64,000 bases of DNA from a virus. Below the pieces are notes generated by a model that worked only from the letters and a program-made list of their open reading frames with translations, was not told the DNA's origin and ran no database searches. Position 1 is the first letter of the stretch. The number at the start of each line of letters is the position of its first letter. Shown here one piece after another: positions 49,259-58,129 of this stretch. The DNA is taken from the IMG/VR virus record IMGVR_UViG_3300044635_002180, positions 52,216-116,215 of that record, one strand, 5' to 3'. Made by a program: the position numbers and the translations under genes.

Positions 49259-49520
49259 TTTTATTCTTGTTGAGGTATTTGCTTATATACTTGCTTTTGT
49301 AGAGCGTTGGATCGTAATCAATGAACATTTTAAAAAGATAAAAATCATTGTCTATGTCTAGCATAGCTTTGATAAGATCTCTATAATTTTTATTTTTCAA
49401 GAGCAACAAGAATATATTTGGAAGATTTAGCTTTTTACCACTTATGATGGTAAGAAAGCTGCAAAATGTCAGCATTCGAAATTCTTGTTCATATTCAGAT
49501 GAAACAGTCATAATGTGCAC
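49245..49520 (-). CDS. hypothetical protein
   Basis: 91 aa, overlapping neighbours in the operon. Confidence 0.6.
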   Translation of the reverse strand: MHIMTVSSEYEQEFRMLTFCSFLTIISGKKLNLPNIFLLLLKNKNYRDLIKAMLDIDNDFYLFKMFIDYDPTLYKSKYISKYLNKNKNALK

Positions 49521-50398
49521 GGTTTGAGTGTTTTTGTAAACAGCAGAAAATTTTCAGTAATTTTGCCGCCAGCAGCAGATTCATGACCACCGCCATCGCA
49601 CAACTTTGCTGCAATTGAAGATAAATCTACAGCGCATGTTGGTGACTTTCTAAATGAAACTGTTTTAGCATCTTGATTGACTAATATAACAATTTGCGCA
49701 TCACAGCTGCTGATCAAATGATCTGCTACATCATTGTGAGCTGTCTTGCAGAATGTGCTTATTACCTTGTGACCATTTATATCTCCACAAAATGTATGCA
49801 GATTGTCAATCACTTCTTTGGCTTTTTTGTTATAAAGAGCAATTGCGTTCTCCTGCATTTGTGTAAAACCACTAAAACCACCCTTAAAAGCATTTGCAAA
49901 GGTTTCTACCCTATTGCCATTGAAAGTCCAATACAAGCAATTGAGTTTCTTGGATGCTTTTAATGCAAGCTTGTAGCTATCATAATCACTAACATGCAAA
50001 ATTAACTTTTTCTGATCACTGGTGATGAAAGGCTCATATTTGCTTTTGAATGTCTCATACAACAATTGTGCTGTAGAATCACATTCTTTGACATGAGCAT
50101 TTGCGCAAGTGTATTTTATATTTTTTGCAATGTGTGAAGCATGATGATCCACAATGGTCACATTTTTAGAGTCAATGAGATCACTAATGATTGATGCATC
50201 CAGATCAAGAATAAATATTTTGTCAAAATCACTAACTTTGTTGTGCTCCAACCATTTAACAAATTCAGAACGAAGCTTTGAAGAATTGCATGTAAATAGA
50301 GAGGTTTTGTAGCTACCTTTTTCCAGGAGCCATTTTAAAACCAAATAAGATGCGGCACCATCTAAATCTACATCTGTCCAGATCGCTACTTTCAGCAT
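49508..50398 (-). CDS. DHH-family phosphoesterase
   Basis: 'DVDLDG..ILDL..VDHH..DYD..SFR..GGGHESAAG'. Confidence 0.9.
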   Translation of the reverse strand: MLKVAIWTDVDLDGAASYLVLKWLLEKGSYKTSLFTCNSSKLRSEFVKWLEHNKVSDFDKIFILDLDASIISDLIDSKNVTIVDHHASHIAKNIKYTCANAHVKECDSTAQLLYETFKSKYEPFITSDQKKLILHVSDYDSYKLALKASKKLNCLYWTFNGNRVETFANAFKGGFSGFTQMQENAIALYNKKAKEVIDNLHTFCGDINGHKVISTFCKTAHNDVADHLISSCDAQIVILVNQDAKTVSFRKSPTCAVDLSSIAAKLCDGGGHESAAGGKITENFLLFTKTLKPCTL

Positions 50399-50426
50399 TT
50401 TTTTATTTATTTTGATGCATTCAAAG

Positions 50427-51749
50427 TCAACTGCCGCTCAACATTAACAATGATCTTGCAACATCTTCTGTAGCATCTGTCATGTTGTTGAGTGATGCAT
50501 CTTCAGAAATTGTAAGAGTTGAATAATCAATTTTGAATGCATTTGTTCCAGTATTGGCGCCAAAGCGGTTTTTGAGCATTGTTGTCCTCATGATGCCCAA
50601 TGCATTATCACCATCTCCCTGCCAGAGACTGCCAATGAAATCGGCAGTGGCTCCAAGTGCATAACTCTCACTCAAAGATGTCAAGCCTGGTTCATTGACT
50701 GAATAGCCAGAACGATTGAGCTGTGTAACAGTTATTAATGGACATTTGAATGCATATGTGAGTGCACGAGTTTCTTCGCTGATGTACTTGACTCGTTCGT
50801 ATGAATCCTTGCCTTTGCTTGATGTTAGCAAATTGATATAATCCAAAACAATTGCATCAATTTTAATGTTGGATTTGGTGAGCTTTTTAATGTAACTCTG
50901 TATATCTCTTGGAGTCATGCAACTCGGCGGAAACTCTTTGATGATGATTCGACCATTGGTTGCATCTTTGAAATTATTCATTTTTGCACTAACCACATCA
51001 ATATTATCGCCAAGTGATTTGGTTGCTGTTTTAGCAATGCAAGCTGTGAGACGTTTTGCATAAACAAGTTCTGACATCTCAAGAGTTATCACCAGCACAG
51101 TTTTGCTTTGCCGCGCAATGTTTACTGCTAAATTGCCCAAAATAATGCTTTTTCCGATGTTTGTTTCACCAGCAAAAATATACATTGCTCGTCCATCTTG
51201 CATAAAGCCACCACCCAATTTTTCATCGAGCCATTTGTAGCCAGATGATATAACAGGATCTGTGCGTTTTAAATCTGATTCAACTTTGTGAAAATCATTT
51301 AACAAATCCAATCCAATGTCATGAATTAAGGTGACGTTGCACGTCTTTTCAAATGAATCTAAAATTTTGCTTGTATCAATGTTGCCATTGCCTACTTCTT
51401 TTGCAACAGTCATCATTGTTTGATAAACACCACGTTCTTTTATGAAGCGTTCTGTATTATCATACAATTCATCTTTGTTGATTTTTTTATCAACACTTTC
51501 AATGGTTTTGAGAGCTTGCTTGAATGCTTCTTTTTTATCAGATGTATCAAGATAAGCTTTGATCTCAGTATGCGTTGGCAGTGATTTGCGTCTGTTGTAA
51601 AAATCACATACAATATCAAAAATGAGACTCAAGTTAGCATCATTAAAAAGCTGCGGCTTGATGTGATCAATGATTGTGAGCAGATACTCTTCATCAACAA
51701 GTGACTTGTAAGTCACAATTTTTTCCATCCAGTCTAAGTCTAATTTCAT
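50427..51749 (-). CDS. gp41: replicative DnaB-like helicase
   Basis: Walker A 'GETNIGKS'; 'ITLEM'; 'VLDYINL'; 'TQLNRSG'; 'KNRFG'. Confidence 0.95.
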   Translation of the reverse strand: MKLDLDWMEKIVTYKSLVDEEYLLTIIDHIKPQLFNDANLSLIFDIVCDFYNRRKSLPTHTEIKAYLDTSDKKEAFKQALKTIESVDKKINKDELYDNTERFIKERGVYQTMMTVAKEVGNGNIDTSKILDSFEKTCNVTLIHDIGLDLLNDFHKVESDLKRTDPVISSGYKWLDEKLGGGFMQDGRAMYIFAGETNIGKSIILGNLAVNIARQSKTVLVITLEMSELVYAKRLTACIAKTATKSLGDNIDVVSAKMNNFKDATNGRIIIKEFPPSCMTPRDIQSYIKKLTKSNIKIDAIVLDYINLLTSSKGKDSYERVKYISEETRALTYAFKCPLITVTQLNRSGYSVNEPGLTSLSESYALGATADFIGSLWQGDGDNALGIMRTTMLKNRFGANTGTNAFKIDYSTLTISEDASLNNMTDATEDVARSLLMLSGS

Positions 51750-52420
51750 TAGGAATAAATTTGCAGAAACTCCTGATTGCTCTTGCTCCACTGTGCATCA
51801 TCTAGCGATCTCAATCCAGGTGATTCGTGAAATACATTTATGGGCCACACACCGATGCGCATCCCTTTAACATTTGCATCTATGCAGCTTGCAATGTCGT
51901 AATGATGAAAGTCAAAATTTTCATTCCATCTCCAATTCGTTTCAAGTGCCCGCGCAACATTTACTGCAACAAACAAGCCATCAACAATGGCTACTCGATC
52001 TGGCGTTGGTCCAAAACCAGTCATAACTTTGTGTTTGTCAAAAATGTGACCAGCATATCCTCTATGATCCTGTCTTTCACCCATGATGTGCCACAATGCT
52101 GGGTGCTGAATGCGCGGATTGCGCGTACCAGCCAATCCAACAATGTCATATTTTGATTCGCCGTACATTGCTTCATTGAGCTTAACATTGATCATTGCAT
52201 CATCAATGTATACATCATCATGCACAAACACAATGCGATCGTGTTCCTTGGCTATTTTTTCGTTCAAAAACTGGTTATAAACCTTGCTCAAGCCAATTTT
52301 ATTGTTGGTAATAATGTGCAGCACATCATCTTCACACTGCCAATTAACAGCACTTTTAAATAGCATTGTATCTTCTTCATCTGCCTTTTGTGTGCAGCTC
52401 ACATATAAAGTAGTTTTCAT
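51749..52420 (-). CDS. GT-A / family 2-like glycosyltransferase
   Basis: 'YN..VFVHDDV..VGLAG..VDGLF..FHHYDIASC..HESPG'; start refined to MKTTLYV at 52420. Confidence 0.8.
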   Translation of the reverse strand: MKTTLYVSCTQKADEEDTMLFKSAVNWQCEDDVLHIITNNKIGLSKVYNQFLNEKIAKEHDRIVFVHDDVYIDDAMINVKLNEAMYGESKYDIVGLAGTRNPRIQHPALWHIMGERQDHRGYAGHIFDKHKVMTGFGPTPDRVAIVDGLFVAVNVARALETNWRWNENFDFHHYDIASCIDANVKGMRIGVWPINVFHESPGLRSLDDAQWSKSNQEFLQIYS

Positions 52421-52421
52421 A

Positions 52422-52730
52422 TCACCGATCATCCATTTCTTGTTTGTTTTTCTCCATCCACATTGCGCATAAAATATTCCAAACTGCAGCAGCAGCATGA
52501 TCTTCTGATGCATCTTTCATAAACCAAGCCATCAAATGGCGCTGAGCACTGTTGTATAATTCTGATAATTGCATGCCGCATTTCCAATTATGTGCTCCAA
52601 ACTTAGCTGCACCATCTCTGTATCTATCTAATACTCGTAGCAATTCATCATGCGGAATTAATGCCATTTGAGGTTTACCAGCATCATCATTTCTTACAGC
52701 CCCAGTTGCAAATTTGCGTATTTCGTTCAT
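52422..52730 (-). CDS. dATP/dGTP diphosphohydrolase (DUF5664-like)
   Basis: 'RKFATGAVR..GKP..LIP..GAAKFGAHNWKCG..SAQRHLMAW..EDHAAAAVWN'. Confidence 0.8.
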   Translation of the reverse strand: MNEIRKFATGAVRNDDAGKPQMALIPHDELLRVLDRYRDGAAKFGAHNWKCGMQLSELYNSAQRHLMAWFMKDASEDHAAAAVWNILCAMWMEKNKQEMDDR

Positions 52731-52740
52731 AAATAGATGT

Positions 52741-53094
52741 ATGTCTAGAATTATAGCCCAACTAATGTATTTGCAAATGCAAATTCGCATCTTTCACTGG
52801 CAAACCAAGAAATATTCACGCCACAAAGCATTTGGCAAGTTTTATGATGCAATGGATGGATTGTTGGACAAATTTGTTGAAGTATACCAGGGGCAGGTGG
52901 GTCGGGTTGCATTTAACCAAACTTTGGATTTAAAAAACATGGATGAATCTGTTGATCTTGATGAAGCACTTGTTCGTGCAATCAACATGCTGACCAATGA
53001 AATTGAAGAAGGAACTACATCAGATCTGCTCAATATTCGTGATGAAATTTTAGGTGAGATCAATCGCTTGAGATACTTGCTCACCCTGGAATAA
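52741..53094 (+). CDS. ferritin/Dps-like four-helix protein
   Basis: 'HWQT..RHKAFGKFYD..DKFVEVYQG..NIRDEI..YLLTLE'; TAAATA-N5-ATG. Confidence 0.75.
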   Translation: MSRIIAQLMYLQMQIRIFHWQTKKYSRHKAFGKFYDAMDGLLDKFVEVYQGQVGRVAFNQTLDLKNMDESVDLDEALVRAINMLTNEIEEGTTSDLLNIRDEILGEINRLRYLLTLE

Positions 53095-53773
53095 ACATAA
53101 AAGGTGAGTTGTTGCTCTCAATTTTCGATACTATAGCAACAGCCTTTTTCTTTAAATCAATTTCATACACATATCCTTCAATGGCTTTCATCCAGCCACT
53201 GCTTTTGCATTCAACAGAGCTGAAACTACCTGTTTTACTGTTTAGGAACAATGTGCTGCCTTGACGAGCAATGAAGCACCTTTTTGTATTAGTGTTGATT
53301 ATCCACACAGCAAAGGTACCGCATATTTTTTCCAATGCTAACTTGACTGCAACTTCATTGGGCACCTGTGCATCAGAAGCATCTGTATCAAAATGAGTGA
53401 GCAGCATTGGAATAATGTTGCTATCTACAATTATTTTTGAATCAGGTGCATATTTTAGTTGCAATTCTTCTACATTGGTTATTACGCCATTGTGAGCTAC
53501 AATCCAATTGCCATGCTCAAATGGATGACTTGTTTCTGCTTTCCACTTTCTAGCAGAACTAGTTGGTGCTTGATAATGTCCGCAATAAAAAATATTGCTA
53601 TCAAGGTTTTTTACATCATCTGGACTAATGATTTTATCAAATTTATTGACATGAAAAGGTGTATTATTTTTGCCGTAAATGCAGTGACTATAGGCAAAAT
53701 TGCCTCTGGCTGCATTTGCAAGCATTAATACATCATACATACTTTTGTCAAAACTAGCGAAAATTGCGCAAAT
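53081..53773 (-). CDS. class II (Ntn) glutamine amidotransferase, apparent ATT start
   Basis: frame extends upstream of the tracked ATG to 'ATT TGC GCA ATT TTC' (CAIF); 'HPF..VAHNGVI..VDS..GTFA'. Confidence 0.75.
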   Translation of the reverse strand: MCAIFASFDKSMYDVLMLANAARGNFAYSHCIYGKNNTPFHVNKFDKIISPDDVKNLDSNIFYCGHYQAPTSSARKWKAETSHPFEHGNWIVAHNGVITNVEELQLKYAPDSKIIVDSNIIPMLLTHFDTDASDAQVPNEVAVKLALEKICGTFAVWIINTNTKRCFIARQGSTLFLNSKTGSFSSVECKSSGWMKAIEGYVYEIDLKKKAVAIVSKIESNNSPFMFIPG

Positions 53774-53816
53774 AATCTTAAAGCCCCCTCCTCTGAGTAT
53801 AAATAATTTTATTCAT

Positions 53817-54537
53817 ATGTTTTATTGTATCTACAAATTAACAAATATCAATACACAAAAAAAATATATTGGATCACATCAAACAAATAATCTTGAAGAT
53901 GGCTATTTTGGCTCTGGTATATACTTAAAAAAGCAATTGCTAAACACGGCAAGGATTCATTTAAAAAAGAAATTTTAAAGTTTTGCTCTTCCAAAGAAGA
54001 AATGCATAATAGAGAAACAGAAATATTAAAGCAAATGCAAGAAGAAGATCTCTATAATCTCAAATATGCAGCTTTAGGGGCAATACACGTGCTAGTTATA
54101 CACCAGAGGAAAAAGCTACATATATAAAAAAATTAATTGATAATCCAGATAGTCCTATTGGCAAAAAAGGCGATAAGGCGTTTAATTTTGGCCAAAAGTT
54201 ATCACCAGAGTTGAAGAAAAGAATGAAAGAGAGTAGGCAGCATTATCTTAATACAGTCAGTGAGGAGGAGATAAAGCAGTGGAAAACTAATGTAATTAAT
54301 AAAGCAAAGCCGCGCTGCAAACTTATGGCTGAAATTAATAGTATGCCTGTTATTATAACATGCAAATCTACCAATAAATCTATAAATTTCAGCACAAAAT
54401 CAGACTGCGCTATATATTTAGGTGTAAGTATTCAAGCATTGACTCGCTACATTAATAATAACTTTAAACGTATTACACCTCATATACAGACACTACTGCT
54501 GTATAATATAAGATACATAAATAAAGCTATGTGTTAG
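53817..54537 (+). pseudogene. GIY-YIG homing endonuclease (Seg-like) with two -1 frameshifts
   Basis: 'CIYKLTN..KKYIGSH..DGYFGSG..LKK' continues in the -1 frame as 'AIAKHGKDSFKKEIL..E..YNL', then in -1 again into the 54211 ORF with a NUMOD1-like end. Confidence 0.8.
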
Positions 54538-54551
54538 CAATAAATATTAGC

Positions 54552-55559
54552 ATGAGCAGCATTTTAAAAAGACCCGGTTGGACAAATTATCAAGTAGTTG
54601 AAGAAAAAGTTAAAATTGGAGACATTGAACGTGTCATTCCTGGGTGGGGCGTTGGCAAAGAGGCTAAAAGATATTTTGCAGGAAAAATTGGTGAAGAAGT
54701 ACCAACTGGTAGATATGGTGCTTTGCGTAAAGTTGGCGGCACTTCTTACCGAGAAGCAGAATTAGCTTTTTCTCGATATCTTGCACAATCGCTCGAAATA
54801 GCAGAAAACGTAATTGCTACCAAAGAGGTAAAGGAAATTTTAAGAGGCGTTACTGAAGATTTGCTTCAAGACAAAGGCTTTGATGATGTTGACGATTGGC
54901 TCAATCAGTGGGTGACATATGCACAAGATAATTTTGGTCTTGATTTAACAAATGTAGCTGTGCGCCGTGCAGTTAGAGCCATTGCAGCTGATGCTGAAGA
55001 TCAAATTGAGCAGAATGATGGAGCAGTTGAGCCGGCTGCGGAACTAGAAGCAGAGCCAGTGGCTGCAGCTAAACAAGAACAAGAGTTAACTCAAGATGTA
55101 AAACAAGAAATTGCTTCAATTCCTATGAATGTCCAATTTGCAGATCAATCTGAAGATGGCTCAATGTATGAAAGCATTTCTTTCATGGGTCAGCAGGAGG
55201 GCAAAATTACTTACATTAGATTGAAAGATGTGCCAAAGGATGCACAGCACAAAAACGCTCTTAAAAATGTTGATGATGGTAGCAGCATCTTGAATAACAA
55301 TTTGCTTAAAAATTATGTTTCTCAAATTGAAGTTGAGCAGAATGGCAGCAGCACATTTTACAAGACTAATTCACCTGCTGCCCCAGAAACTGCACCTGCT
55401 GCAGCTGTTGAGCCAGAAGATCAAGGAGAAGACGAATTTACATTTGATTTGGGTGAATCTGCCAAACTCAATGCTAAGCAGCAAAACATATTAACAGAAC
55501 AAATGCGAATTGCCCGTAAACAGCACATGCAACGCATTGAAGAGCGTTATTTGTTTTGA
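54552..55559 (+). CDS. hypothetical acidic late protein
   Basis: TAAATA 54541-54546 + 5 nt + ATG. Confidence 0.65.
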   Translation: MSSILKRPGWTNYQVVEEKVKIGDIERVIPGWGVGKEAKRYFAGKIGEEVPTGRYGALRKVGGTSYREAELAFSRYLAQSLEIAENVIATKEVKEILRGVTEDLLQDKGFDDVDDWLNQWVTYAQDNFGLDLTNVAVRRAVRAIAADAEDQIEQNDGAVEPAAELEAEPVAAAKQEQELTQDVKQEIASIPMNVQFADQSEDGSMYESISFMGQQEGKITYIRLKDVPKDAQHKNALKNVDDGSSILNNNLLKNYVSQIEVEQNGSSTFYKTNSPAAPETAPAAAVEPEDQGEDEFTFDLGESAKLNAKQQNILTEQMRIARKQHMQRIEERYLF

Positions 55560-56290
55560 GCTATGTCTTTGCAATTATTTGCTGCATAAACATCATCTAA
55601 GAAAGCTTGTTGCTTGTATTTTACTGGGTCTTTGTAGCCAGCATCAATGAATCCTTTGATTCTCAAGCTGCTGCTCGCTGAAGTTGCATCTGATAATTCT
55701 TCACCAGAATAACAGGTGTATGTGTGCTCAAATGGTACATTCAATTCAACACCCATGTTAACAATTGCACACTTGTCACTGTTGATCAAAGGAGTCATTA
55801 CAGCAATTCTGTGCTCTCTATTAAGATCACACAAGTTGTTGAGAGTTGGCATAAATTCATCAGATGCATCCCAATACCCGGCAAGAGAATCAACTGCAGT
55901 AGCTCCATGCCACACTTCCACTGCACCAACTGCTTCTGCATGAGACAAGGCAATGCTTAAAAATATAAGATTGCGAAATGGAACGTAACTCTTGGGCTGT
56001 GCTTCACCAGCAATTTTTCTCACATCAGGAGTTTCAATTGCATCATTTGTTAATGATGAAGTGGGTGCAAGTTGTCTGATAAATGATGCATCAACAACTT
56101 TATAGAAAATGTTTTTATTAATTTTCTTTGCATCATTGCAGAGATATTTGGCACATTCAATCTCTCTGCTGTGTCGTTGATTGTAATCAAAAATCAAACA
56201 ATGAACTTCATCAAAGCATTTTGCAGCCTGGTACAGCAAAACTGCACTATCCATTCCACCACTAACAGGTACAACTACTCTAGATTTCAT
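55547..56290 (-). CDS. queC: QueC-like PP-loop ATPase (7-cyano-7-deazaguanine synthase homologue)
   Basis: 'VSGGMDS', 'FDYNQRH..E', 'YVPFRNLIF', 'TYTCY'. Confidence 0.85.
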   Translation of the reverse strand: MKSRVVVPVSGGMDSAVLLYQAAKCFDEVHCLIFDYNQRHSREIECAKYLCNDAKKINKNIFYKVVDASFIRQLAPTSSLTNDAIETPDVRKIAGEAQPKSYVPFRNLIFLSIALSHAEAVGAVEVWHGATAVDSLAGYWDASDEFMPTLNNLCDLNREHRIAVMTPLINSDKCAIVNMGVELNVPFEHTYTCYSGEELSDATSASSSLRIKGFIDAGYKDPVKYKQQAFLDDVYAANNCKDIAQNK

Positions 56291-56291
56291 G

Positions 56292-56564
56292 CTAGAATGT
56301 AATGTCTTCTAAAGACTGTTCAAGCATTTTTTTGCTTTTTACACCAGATAAACGAGCTTCTTCATTTCCATTCTTCAAGAATACAATGGTAGGAACTGCA
56401 TTGATGTGTAGATGGTTGTAGCTTTCTGCATCTTGCTCCAAATCAATGTATTTGACTTGAATCTCTGGTTGTTCATTGACAAACTGCTGAAAAACAGGCT
56501 TGAACATTTTGCATGGACCACACCATGATGTTGAAAAATATAATACTTCAATATTCTGTTTCAT
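56292..56564 (-). CDS. trxA: thioredoxin
   Basis: 'FSTSWCGPCK..AVPTIVFLKNG'. Confidence 0.92.
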   Translation of the reverse strand: MKQNIEVLYFSTSWCGPCKMFKPVFQQFVNEQPEIQVKYIDLEQDAESYNHLHINAVPTIVFLKNGNEEARLSGVKSKKMLEQSLEDITF

Positions 56565-57657
56565 CTTGTACACCCTCCTCTGGAATCATTTCATTGTTGT
56601 TGTTTCCATACGCCCATTCAGCTTTCATTTTGCTTTCAAGACCAGGAATTATTGTCTTCTCCCACAGCTGTTCATCGTTTCTCCAGTTTTTCGCGTACCC
56701 AAGTTTCGTGCCATCAGCAAGAGCATAAGTAGCACCATTTTGCACAACAATGCCCATGCCAACAGCAAGATCCAATAAACCGTAATAGCGGTCAAGACCT
56801 GAAGAAAATGACAAATACATTTCACCTTCAAGATACTGTTTAATAAACCTGTTTTTGCGCGTGAGAGCGCGAATAATAATGCCTGCATAACTTTTTTGTC
56901 CAACAGCAAGAGTGCTGTTGGATACAGTTTTTTCTCCATCATCTTTCAAAGGCTTGCGAGCCAATTGAACAGTGACTGATGGTAAATAAGCCACAGCTTT
57001 GCCGCCTGGCATGTTTTTTTCAATGCTTGGATACATTGCAGAAGGATCGTCATATACGTGGTTGGTTATTACAAATGTTGTTTGAGTGATTGCACCAAGA
57101 TTAGTACAGGTTTGCAACAAAGACTTGATGGCGCGAGCTTTTGTGCCCATGTCAACGCTAGTACTTTCTTTGTCCATCCGAGCCAATTCCAACTCAGATT
57201 GCAAATTGCCAAGTGAGTCAATGGCAATGATGAATTTGCCTTCAAGCTTTTTTTCTCTAATGCTGTTGAGAAACTTAAACACTGCGTTTCTTGTTTGCTC
57301 AATGCTGACACATGGCACATATTTTACTTTGCTAATATCAAGACCTAGTCGAGTTGCTCCTTCTGGATCAATGGCTGATTCAGTATCGAAAATAACAGGA
57401 AATAATCCCTTCTTTTGTGCATTGGCTAAAATCTTCTGAACAAACAAACTTTTGCCTGTCATAGACTCTCCAGCAATCATTGTAACTCGCCCTTTGGGAA
57501 TACCACCATGGCAGCTGCCAGAGATGAGACTATTGAGCACATATGAGCCTGTATCAATCCATTCTTTTACAGTGCTGAGTGTGTCATTATTAAGATAAGT
57601 AGCATACGGATTTATTTCGTTAATGCTATCCAACGCATCTTGAATGTCTTTGGTCAT
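56548..57657 (-). CDS. uvsX: UvsX/RecA-like recombinase
   Basis: 'IDTGSYVLN..GGIP..AGESMTGKS..FDTE..IDSLGNL..TNHVY..GG'. Confidence 0.93.
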   Translation of the reverse strand: MTKDIQDALDSINEINPYATYLNNDTLSTVKEWIDTGSYVLNSLISGSCHGGIPKGRVTMIAGESMTGKSLFVQKILANAQKKGLFPVIFDTESAIDPEGATRLGLDISKVKYVPCVSIEQTRNAVFKFLNSIREKKLEGKFIIAIDSLGNLQSELELARMDKESTSVDMGTKARAIKSLLQTCTNLGAITQTTFVITNHVYDDPSAMYPSIEKNMPGGKAVAYLPSVTVQLARKPLKDDGEKTVSNSTLAVGQKSYAGIIIRALTRKNRFIKQYLEGEMYLSFSSGLDRYYGLLDLAVGMGIVVQNGATYALADGTKLGYAKNWRNDEQLWEKTIIPGLESKMKAEWAYGNNNNEMIPEEGVQDETEY

Positions 57658-57704
57658 GACATTATATATCTCAAAACTGCTAAAAATCAATTGAAACTCT
57701 ACAC

Positions 57705-57733
57705 AAAAAAAGGGCTGCTTACGCAGCCCTTTT
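57705..57733 (-). terminator. intrinsic terminator upstream of uvsX
   Basis: GGGCTGC-GTAA-GCAGCCC followed by T7 on the minus strand. Confidence 0.85.
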
Positions 57734-57752
57734 AATTTAATTGTTCAATAAA

Positions 57753-58100
57753 TTAATCATCAAACAGCTTGATAACCTTGGAGGAATCAGCTGGTGTAAT
57801 GATTTTGCTTGGATTAAAAATCCGTGTGTATTGTTCAATGAGTTTTGTATCAAGCTTGATATTTTCACTCACACCGCAACCAGATGTATTAAACTCCCAG
57901 ACTGTTCCCTGTTCGCGCTCAGAAGTTTCAATGAGTTCACCAAAAAAGAGTGGAAAAAGCTGCACAGACAGCTGACCAGAATTAGATGGTTGAATAAAGA
58001 GTGCAGCTGGATTTTTAATTCGCACACTTGTTTCTGTTTTGCTGATGAGATCACCAACAATGGTTTTACTTGCTGTTTCAATTACAATGAGTTCGTTCAT
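57753..58100 (-). CDS. small Sm-like-fold protein
   Basis: 'KTIVGDL..SVRIKNPA..LIEQYTRIF..SKIITP'. Confidence 0.6.
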   Translation of the reverse strand: MNELIVIETASKTIVGDLISKTETSVRIKNPAALFIQPSNSGQLSVQLFPLFFGELIETSEREQGTVWEFNTSGCGVSENIKLDTKLIEQYTRIFNPSKIITPADSSKVIKLFDD

Positions 58101-58129
58101 ATGGAAATTTATACTACAGTTATACATTT

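Noticed and set aside
53770-54540. Group I intron supplying the missing ATG of gat
   Set aside because: No P/Q/R/S elements, no suitable terminal G, and no upstream minus-strand exon found
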